From an uncultured delta proteobacterium (GTDB lineage Bacteria > Desulfobacterota > Binatia > HRBIN30 > BPIQ01), in contig CAVXGR010000018.1 of assembly GCA_963761335.1 (NCBI GenBank), positions 640,001 to 704,000 on the forward strand: a stretch of 64,000 bases of DNA, in the 5' to 3' direction. Below, piece after piece: positions 57,065 to 64,000 of the stretch. The position numbers and the translations under genes are program-made. The notes under the pieces were generated by a model. It saw only the letters and a list, made by a program, of their open reading frames with translations. It had not been told where the DNA came from and did not search any database. Numbering within the stretch: the first letter of the stretch is position 1; every line of letters starts with the position of its first letter.

Positions 57065-60000
57065 TTACGGCGCCGGCGTTGGGGTTGCCGTGGGGACGCG
57101 GACGATCATCTGCGCCGTGGGACCGGGGACGCCGTTGATGTCCTCGACCTGCAGGGTGATCAGGGTGTCACCCTCGTTGAAGGCGGCGCTCTGGTTCACG
57201 TTGTCGCAGAACTGCGTGGAGTTCTTGGTGGCGCTGTAGGGGCCGAGAAAGCCGAAGTCGCCCTTGTAGTTGAGGGTGCAGGCGTCGCCTGAACTGGTGA
57301 TCGCCGGGCTGAAGCGACAGCCGAACTGATTGAGGACCGTGGTCACCGATTGGCCCGGCCCGAAGCTGGGGGGCGATATTTCCGGGATTCCGTCGTCGCA
57401 GGCATTGGCGGTGGGGCTGTTGCAGTCGAGCGGCGCCGGGTTGTCGCCGAGCCCGCGATCGGCCTGCACCTGCAGGGCGGGGCGATCCGCACACAAGTTG
57501 GCGGCGACGCGCGTCGTGCCCGGAGCGGCGTTCGTCGCTCCCTTCTGCACTTCGACGACGATCAAGCCGCGCCGGCCGCCCTGAGCCGGGTAGACAGGAA
57601 TGCCGTTCAGCATCTCGGGCGTGGGTGTGGCGCCGGCGCAGGCGCAGAAGAAGCCGTTGAAGCAGCCGATGATGCAGCCGTCGGGGCGAACCAGAGACAG
57701 GTGGGTGATGATCGGCCCACTGCCCGGAGCAGCGGTCTTCGTCGGCGTGCGCGTCAGCGTCGCTGTCTTGGTTGGCGTGCTGGTCTTCGTCGGCGTCTGT
57801 GTCCGCGTCGGCGTCTTCGTCGGCGTGCCCGTCTGGGTCGAGGTCGGGGTGCGGCTCGGCGTGGCGGTGCGCGTCGGGGTGCCCGCCACTGCCGTGTGGC
57901 TCGGCACCGGGGAGGACGTGGGCGATGGCGACGGCGGACTGGTCGCCGTGGGGTTGGGGCTCGAGGTCGGTGTCGGCGGGGCGACCGAGCCGTCCCAGAC
58001 CTGAACCTCGGCGATCGACAGATACTCCTGGCGGTTGAGCTGCAGGCGCACGTAGCGGCCGCTGCGGAAGACGCTCACCGTCGTCGGGGTGCCGGCGGTG
58101 CCGGCGACGAAGTAGCTGGAGACGCCGCTCTGGTTGAGGGTGGCGGTGAGGTCGGTGGAGGCGAAGGGCACATCGGAGACGAATACGTAGAAGCCGCTGA
58201 GGCGCTCGGAGCAGCAGTCGGTGCGGTTCCAGATGTCGACGTTGCTGATGGCGCCGACGGCGCCGAGATCGACCTGCCACCAGGCGTAGAGATCGCGGTC
58301 GGTGTGGATGACCGAGCCGTGCGCCCAGTTGCCGTCGGTGTTGCCATCGACGGCGCGCGACGGGTCGCCGCCGAAGGGATTGCTCGACTGCGTCGCCGCC
58401 TTGCCGAGGGCGCGGTTGGGATTGCCCGCCGGCGTCGTGCTCGCCGTGGCCGTGGCAGTCGGGGCCGGAGCCGTGGCGGTGCGCGTGGCGCTCGGGGAGG
58501 CGGAGGAGGTCGAGGTGGCGGTGGCCGGCGGTGCGGTGGCGGTGCGCGTCGAGGTGGGCGTCAAGGCGGCGGCGCCGCTCCACACCTGAACCTCGGCGAT
58601 CGACAGGTATTCCTGGCGGTTGAGCTGCACGCGCACATACCGGCCGCTGCGCGACACCGGGATGGACGTTGGGCTGCCGGCGGTGCCGGCAACGAAGTAG
58701 CTGGAGACGCCGCTCTGGTTGAGGGTGGCGGTGAGGTCGGCGGAGGCGAAGGGCACATCGGAGACGAAGATGTAGAAGCCGCTGAGGCGCTCGGAGCAGC
58801 AGTCGGTGCGGTTCCAGATGTCGACGCTGCCGATGGCGCCGACGGCGCCGAGATCGACCTGCCACCAGGCGTACAGATCGCGGTCGGTGTGGATGACCGA
58901 CCCGTGCGCCCAGTTGCCGTCGGTGTTGCCATCGACGGCGCGCGACGGGTCGCCGCCGAAGGGATTGCTCGACTGCGTCGCCGCCTTGCCGAGGGCGCGG
59001 TTGGGATTGCCCGCCGGCGTCGTGCTCGCCGTGGCCGTGGCAGTCGGGGCCGGAGCCGTGGCGGTGCGCGTGGCGCTCGGGGAGGCGGAGGAGGTCGAGG
59101 TGGCGGTGGCCGGCGGTGCGGTGGCGGTGCGCGTCGAGGTGGGCGTGAAGGCGGCGGCGCCGCTCCACACCTGAACCTCGGCGATCGACAGGTATTCCTG
59201 GCGGTTGAGCTGCACGCGCACATACCGGCCGCTGCGCGACACCGGGATGGACGTTGGGCTGCCGGCGGTGCCGGCAACGAAGTAGCTGGAGACGCCGCTC
59301 TGGTTGAGAGTGGCGGTGAGGTCGGTGGAGGCGAAGGGCACATCGGAGACGAAGATGTAGAAGCCGCTGAGGCGCTCGGAGCAGCAGTCGGTGCGGTTCC
59401 AGATGTCGACGCTGCCGATGGCGCCTACGGCGCCGAGATCGACCTGCCACCAGGCGTACGGATCGCGGTCCGTATGGGTGACCGAGCCGTGGGCCCAGTT
59501 GCCGTCGGTGTTGCCGTCGACAGCGCGCGACGGGTCGCCGCCGAAAGGATTGCTCGACTGCGTCGCCGCCATGCCGAGGGCGAGGTCGGAGACTCCGACA
59601 GGCGTTGCCGTCGCCGCAGTGGTGCGCGTCGGACTCGGGGAGGGCGGCAAGGTCGAGGTCGAGGTCGCGGTGGCGGTGCGCGTCGGCGTCGGTGTAGACG
59701 TCGGAGAGCCGTCCCATACCTGTACCTCGGCGATCGACAGGTATTCCTGGCGGTTGAGCTGCAGGCGCACATACCGGCCGCTGCGCGACACCGGGATCGA
59801 GGTCGGGCTGCCGGCGGTGCCGGCAACGAAGTAGCTGGAGACGCCGCTTTGGTTGAGAGTGGCGGTGAGGTCGGTGGAGGCAAAGGGCACATCGGAGACG
59901 AATACGTAGAAGCCGCTGAGGCGCTCGGAGCAGCAGTCGGTGCGGTTCCAGATGTCGATGCCGCTGATGACGCCGACGGCGCCGAGATCGACCTGCCACC

Positions 60001-60256
60001 AGGCGTAGACATCGCGGTCGGTGTGGCTGACCGAGCCGTGTGCCCAGTTGCCGTCGGTGTTGCCGTCAACGGCACGAGACGGATCGCCTCCGAACGGGTT
60101 GCTCGACTGCGCCGCCGCCTTGCCGAGCGCCAGATCGGTGGCCGCCGCTGCCGGACAGACGCCCGAGATGCTCAGGACGAGCATCAGTGCCACCGCCGAT
60201 TCCACGGCAAAACCCCCGGCCCGGGGGATCAGCCCGTTCGAGATGAGTTTGAACAC
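57065..60256 (-). CDS. secreted protein with four F-type lectin (fucolectin/discoidin-like) domains, Pro/Thr linkers and a Cys-rich C-terminal domain
   Basis: Four repeats of LALGK.A.QSS...RAVDGNTDG...HT-x25-RTDCCSER...GRYVR.QL...LSIAEVQVW. The start is uncertain (GTG 60256 or about 60205). Confidence 0.9.
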   Translation of the reverse strand: MFKLISNGLIPRAGGFAVESAVALMLVLSISGVCPAAAATDLALGKAAAQSSNPFGGDPSRAVDGNTDGNWAHGSVSHTDRDVYAWWQVDLGAVGVISGIDIWNRTDCCSERLSGFYVFVSDVPFASTDLTATLNQSGVSSYFVAGTAGSPTSIPVSRSGRYVRLQLNRQEYLSIAEVQVWDGSPTSTPTPTRTATATSTSTLPPSPSPTRTTAATATPVGVSDLALGMAATQSSNPFGGDPSRAVDGNTDGNWAHGSVTHTDRDPYAWWQVDLGAVGAIGSVDIWNRTDCCSERLSGFYIFVSDVPFASTDLTATLNQSGVSSYFVAGTAGSPTSIPVSRSGRYVRVQLNRQEYLSIAEVQVWSGAAAFTPTSTRTATAPPATATSTSSASPSATRTATAPAPTATATASTTPAGNPNRALGKAATQSSNPFGGDPSRAVDGNTDGNWAHGSVIHTDRDLYAWWQVDLGAVGAIGSVDIWNRTDCCSERLSGFYIFVSDVPFASADLTATLNQSGVSSYFVAGTAGSPTSIPVSRSGRYVRVQLNRQEYLSIAEVQVWSGAAALTPTSTRTATAPPATATSTSSASPSATRTATAPAPTATATASTTPAGNPNRALGKAATQSSNPFGGDPSRAVDGNTDGNWAHGSVIHTDRDLYAWWQVDLGAVGAISNVDIWNRTDCCSERLSGFYVFVSDVPFASTDLTATLNQSGVSSYFVAGTAGTPTTVSVFRSGRYVRLQLNRQEYLSIAEVQVWDGSVAPPTPTSSPNPTATSPPSPSPTSSPVPSHTAVAGTPTRTATPSRTPTSTQTGTPTKTPTRTQTPTKTSTPTKTATLTRTPTKTAAPGSGPIITHLSLVRPDGCIIGCFNGFFCACAGATPTPEMLNGIPVYPAQGGRRGLIVVEVQKGATNAAPGTTRVAANLCADRPALQVQADRGLGDNPAPLDCNSPTANACDDGIPEISPPSFGPGQSVTTVLNQFGCRFSPAITSSGDACTLNYKGDFGFLGPYSATKNSTQFCDNVNQSAAFNEGDTLITLQVEDINGVPGPTAQMIVRVPTATPTPAP

Positions 60257-60409
60257 GCGAATTTTCGCGAGAGCGCTCTCGGGGCCCAGGTGGACTCTCG
60301 GATGCCCTAGTTGCCGGATTTGGTCGCCAGCGTCAAGACCAATTGTGGCGGGTTGTGACTCGGGTCCATTTACTCTAGGAAGGGCAGTTGGGCAGAGAGG
60401 AGAGGTTCG

Positions 60410-62035
60410 ATGACGCGGAAAATGGTTGGCGCATGTCTCATCGTCCTGCTGGCGGCGAGTGCCGCAATGTCCCTGGACCCGGAGGCCGAATACACTCGAG
60501 GCCTGGTCGCCTACAACTCGGGCGACTACTCTCGCGCCATCTCCATTTTTGATGAGGTCCTCGAGCAGCAGCCCGGCCGGGCCCCGGCGCTCTATTACCG
60601 CGGGCTGGCGAAGGCGAAGCTCAATCGCTACGCGGATGCCATCACCGACCTGAAGCAGGCCGCGGACAGGGATCCCGGTCTGCCGGTCGCGGGGAGTATC
60701 GGCGCCGCCTACTTCGAGCTGCACCAGTACGACGAGGCGACGCCTTGGCTGCGGCGTGCCGTGGACCGCGGCCAGGCGCCCGGCTCCGCCAACCTCGCGC
60801 TCGGCATCATCGCCTACGAGCAGAACCGTTACGCCGACGCGGATCGCTACCTGGTGGCCGCTGAAGGAGCCGACCCGAAGGTGAAAGGGACGGCGGAGTT
60901 CTACCGTGGCCTGATCGCCCGCAAGCAGGGGCGCGAGCTCGAAGCCAAGCAGGCCTTCAAGACAGCTCAGGCCACCGGCGCGCCAGAGGTCGCCGAGGCG
61001 GCGGCCCGCCAGCTGGCGGTTGCCGCGGCCGGTACGCAGTTCTCCACGGTTCGCAGCCACCCCATGCCGATTCCCGGGGCCCCGCCGGCGACCCTGTACG
61101 CCTACACCGGCTTCGAGTACGAGAGCAACGTGGTGCTCGAGGATACGCCGTTCATCACCAACAAGGGGAGCGGCCGCTGGATCTTCGGCGCCGGTGGCGA
61201 TTACCGCATCATCGACAACGACATGGTGCGCTGGGATTTTGCGTACGACTTCTACCAGAACATCCATTTCAACGTGAGCAGCGTCAAGCTGCAGGGACAC
61301 ACGCTGCGCTCCTCGGTGTCCTTCGGCAATTGGGCGGTGGTCCCCGGGCTGCACGCCGCCTACGACGCCTATCTCCTCGGCACCGACGGCTATTACCAGG
61401 AGGTCCTCGGCACGCCCTTTCTGGCGATTCCGGAGCCGGGCATCGGCGAGATGGAGCTGTTCTACCGGATTCGCGCGCGCGACTACCTGAGCGCCCCCTT
61501 TGACCCGGCGCAGGACGCCATCAACCACGCCGTCGGCCTGCGGCAGATCTTCCGCTTCGGTCCCCAGGAGGATCGGGTCTTCGACATCGGCTACCAGTGG
61601 GACCGCAACGATCCGATCAGCAGCGTGGCGACCGTCGGAACTCTCGACCCGCAGACCGGACAGGTGACCAACCTGATGCAGGTGGCCAGTGGTCGCGACT
61701 TCGACTATGAGGGGAATGAGCTGGACGTCGGCTTGGCCTGGCCGATTCCCGGATGGGTGGAGGTCGATCTCCGTTACGGCTACCGGCATGAGGACTATCT
61801 TCACGGGAACTCGCGTCTCGCGGCGGTCGACGCCTTTCTGCCCGACGGCACGCGGGTGGAGATTCGCCCCAAGCGCAACGACGACTCGCACTATGTCGTG
61901 CTCGGCGTCACCCGCGATTTCACCGACCGCATCTACGGCCGTCTCGGCTATCGCTTCCGCACCAACGATTCCAACGTGCCCGTCTACAGCTACGATTCGC
62001 ACACGGTGTCGGCCACGGTCGGGGTTCACTTCTGA
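60410..62035 (+). CDS. TPR-containing outer-membrane beta-barrel protein (Slam/DUF560-like architecture)
   Basis: Signal peptide, N-terminal TPRs (ALYYRGLA), GFEYESNV barrel start, C-terminal VGVHF. Confidence 0.8.
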   Translation: MTRKMVGACLIVLLAASAAMSLDPEAEYTRGLVAYNSGDYSRAISIFDEVLEQQPGRAPALYYRGLAKAKLNRYADAITDLKQAADRDPGLPVAGSIGAAYFELHQYDEATPWLRRAVDRGQAPGSANLALGIIAYEQNRYADADRYLVAAEGADPKVKGTAEFYRGLIARKQGRELEAKQAFKTAQATGAPEVAEAAARQLAVAAAGTQFSTVRSHPMPIPGAPPATLYAYTGFEYESNVVLEDTPFITNKGSGRWIFGAGGDYRIIDNDMVRWDFAYDFYQNIHFNVSSVKLQGHTLRSSVSFGNWAVVPGLHAAYDAYLLGTDGYYQEVLGTPFLAIPEPGIGEMELFYRIRARDYLSAPFDPAQDAINHAVGLRQIFRFGPQEDRVFDIGYQWDRNDPISSVATVGTLDPQTGQVTNLMQVASGRDFDYEGNELDVGLAWPIPGWVEVDLRYGYRHEDYLHGNSRLAAVDAFLPDGTRVEIRPKRNDDSHYVVLGVTRDFTDRIYGRLGYRFRTNDSNVPVYSYDSHTVSATVGVHF

Positions 62036-62077
62036 GTGCCGCGGGGCGCCTTCGTCTCAGGTGAGTGCGGAGGACCG

Positions 62078-62896
62078 ATGAGAACCCTGGCTGCCGCGAC
62101 GTTGCTCGCCGGCCTGCTCTCGGCGACGGCGCAGGCTCAGGTCGGAACGGTTGCCACGACCTCGGGGACGGTCGAGATGAGCCCCGAGGGTGTACCGGAG
62201 TGGCGCCCGCTGGCCGCGGGTGAGGCGCTGCGTCCAGGGCAGCAGATTCGCACAGGCAGTAACGGCTGGACGCGTCTCCTCTTTGCCGACGACAGCATCG
62301 CCGTGCTGGGCTCGCAGAGCTCAGTGCGCCTCGAGAACGATACCTCCGACCGCACCCCCCGACTGGTTCTGCACCTGAGCGCTGGCAAGCTGCGAGTGGT
62401 CACCACCGAAGGAGGCGCCGGCGGGGCGCGCTTCGAGGTGGAAACCCCCTCCGCGGTCGTCGAGCGCCGCGGCAACGAGTACGTGGTCATCTACGACGCC
62501 GTCAGGGGCGACACCTCCGTGGTCGACGTGAGCGGCACCGTCGAGGTGCTGAGCGTCCTCGGCGTCATGGGCAAGCCGGTGACCCTGCGTGCCCGCAGCA
62601 GCACCACGGTTGGCAAGGGGGCCTTCCCGACCGCGCCGATCGAGATGTCGGAGGATGCCGTCGCGGCGCTGCGCCGCAGCCTCGATCCGGTGGTGAGCGC
62701 CGATGACTCGCTGCTCTCCGGATTCACCGGAGCGGACTCGGCGGCGGTGAAGGAGACTTTGCAGGGCACCCCGATGGCACCGCCGCCGCACGCCGCCCCG
62801 CCGCCTCCACCGGCGGAGAGCCTGCCGCCCCCGCGGCGTTTGCTGGGCCCGCCGCTGAGCGGAGGCGGGCTTCCCCCCGGCATCCCGCAGCGCTAG
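62078..62896 (+). CDS. secreted FecR-domain protein with Pro-rich tail
   Basis: Signal peptide; QIRTGSNG..RLLFADDS..LG, LSAGKLR, FEVETPSAV. Confidence 0.87.
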   Translation: MRTLAAATLLAGLLSATAQAQVGTVATTSGTVEMSPEGVPEWRPLAAGEALRPGQQIRTGSNGWTRLLFADDSIAVLGSQSSVRLENDTSDRTPRLVLHLSAGKLRVVTTEGGAGGARFEVETPSAVVERRGNEYVVIYDAVRGDTSVVDVSGTVEVLSVLGVMGKPVTLRARSSTTVGKGAFPTAPIEMSEDAVAALRRSLDPVVSADDSLLSGFTGADSAAVKETLQGTPMAPPPHAAPPPPPAESLPPPRRLLGPPLSGGGLPPGIPQR

Positions 62897-62923
62897 CGCC
62901 GGCAGGAAGGCCGAAGGCGCTAG
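62893..62923. terminator. hairpin between convergent stop codons (possible bidirectional terminator)
   Basis: CTAGCGCC...GGCGCTAG; no U-tract on either side. Confidence 0.35.
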
Positions 62924-62988
62924 CCGAAATACTTCTGCAGCAACGGTTCCCAGCGGCCCAGTGCCGGCAGATGCTCCAGCATGGTCAT
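62920..62988 (-). CDS. 22-aa ORF translationally coupled to the GH2 gene (small peptide or gene remnant)
   Basis: MTMLEHLPALGRWEPLLQKYFG; ATGA overlap with the GH2 stop; GGGAGAG upstream. Confidence 0.35.
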   Translation of the reverse strand: MTMLEHLPALGRWEPLLQKYFG

Positions 62989-64000
62989 GCTCGGTCTCTC
63001 CCTGCGCTCGCTGCGAAGATGCGGCGCAGTGTCTGCAGCGGCAGCTTCGGGGTGCGATCGAAATGGAGAAGACCATTGATCTCCAGCTGCACGTCGGTGA
63101 GCTGGGTCCACACGAAGCCGCTCAGCTCGGGTACACCGCGCACCGCCTCGAGCAACGCCCCGAGCCACTGCTCCAGAGCCTCCTCGCTGGCGGCCTCGGC
63201 ATAGCCCCACCAGTTCGCCGGCTGCCCGTGTCCGGGCTGCCGAAAGGCCAGGCCGCCAAACTCGCTCAGCACCACGGGAATGTCCCCGACCTCGACGCCG
63301 GGCAAGGCCGCCGGCCGTTCCGGCGCGACCGTCGTGGTGGGCTCCGCCAGCACCCGACGCAAGTGCTGGCCGAGCGCTTCGGCGTCGGCGACGTAGCTGT
63401 GCACGCCCCAGACGTCGCCGGCGGCGAACTCCCAGCCGTCGTTGGCGATCACCAGACGCGTGTCGTCGCAGGCGTGCGTGAGGTGGTAGAGCGCCTCGGT
63501 CCAGGCCCGCTGCCGCGCGCTGAGGCGCAGGCGATCGACGCCCCACGATTCGTTGAAGGGTACCCACGCCATGATCGAGGGATGCATGCGATCGCGGCGC
63601 ACGATCTCCGTCCATTCGCTGGTCAGGTCCTGAACCAGCGCCGAGCCGAACTCGCGGCCGCTCGGCATCTCGCTCCAGACGGCGAAGCCGAGGCGATCGG
63701 CCCAGTACAGCCAGCGCGGGTCCTCTGCCTTCTGGTGCTTGCGGGCACCGTTGAAGCCCATCGCCATGGCGCCTTCGATGTCGCGGCGGAGGTCGTCGTC
63801 CGATGGCGCCGTGTACCAGCCGCCGGGAAAGTATCCCTGGTCGAGAACGGCGCGAAAGTAAAAGGGCTGGTCGTTGAGCAGCAGGCGGCGGCCGCGCCGC
63901 CCGAAGCGCCGCAGGCCGGTATACGACCGGACGCGGTCACCGTCGCCGGGTGCCATGCCCGCCGGCTGCAGGGCGATGTCGATGTCGTAGAGAACCGGTG
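62985..64000 (-). CDS. glycoside hydrolase family 2, 3' part (starts beyond the window)
   Basis: VLDQGYFP, GFNGARKHQK, HPSIMAWVPFNESWG, SEFGG, TQLTDV..EINGL. Confidence 0.92.
   Translation of the reverse strand, partial: PVLYDIDIALQPAGMAPGDGDRVRSYTGLRRFGRRGRRLLLNDQPFYFRAVLDQGYFPGGWYTAPSDDDLRRDIEGAMAMGFNGARKHQKAEDPRWLYWADRLGFAVWSEMPSGREFGSALVQDLTSEWTEIVRRDRMHPSIMAWVPFNESWGVDRLRLSARQRAWTEALYHLTHACDDTRLVIANDGWEFAAGDVWGVHSYVADAEALGQHLRRVLAEPTTTVAPERPAALPGVEVGDIPVVLSEFGGLAFRQPGHGQPANWWGYAEAASEEALEQWLGALLEAVRGVPELSGFVWTQLTDVQLEINGLLHFDRTPKLPLQTLRRIFAASAGRDRA

Noticed and set aside
60257..62029. N-terminal ~590 aa of the 1654-aa ORF 57065..62029
   Set aside because: It is antisense to the TPR-barrel gene. 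The real protein begins near the signal-like segment at about 60256-60205.

Overview
A 64-kb high-GC chromosomal segment, probably from a Gram-negative deltaproteobacteria-like lineage such as Ca. Binatia. That assignment is an inference from the Pro/Thr-linker secreted proteins, Cys-rich DUF4215-type repeats, a MYXO-CTERM-like tail and F420-type enzymes. I call about 60 CDS, mostly housekeeping, redox, envelope and signalling genes. I see no rRNA, tRNA, CRISPR array, transposase or integrase. The most notable features are regulatory and structural. (1) A candidate sigma54 regulon: six intergenic TGG-N10-GC boxes, several with a shared TGYAA-N3-TTRCA upstream motif, in front of general-stress-type genes next to an NtrC-family two-component pair. 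(2) An ECF sigma/anti-sigma pair sandwiched between two zinc-ribbon-PspC genes, with a TGAACC-N16-CGTA promoter. (3) A PPIase-HupE/UreJ-DUF3604 module. (4) A GMC oxidoreductase next to an ALDH that carries a fused small-subunit-like domain. (5) Nested REP-like palindromic elements and inverted octamer arrays. (6) A four-domain F-type lectin divergent from a TPR-beta-barrel/FecR pair. All calls come from reading motifs by eye; no database searches were run, and start codons are estimates.
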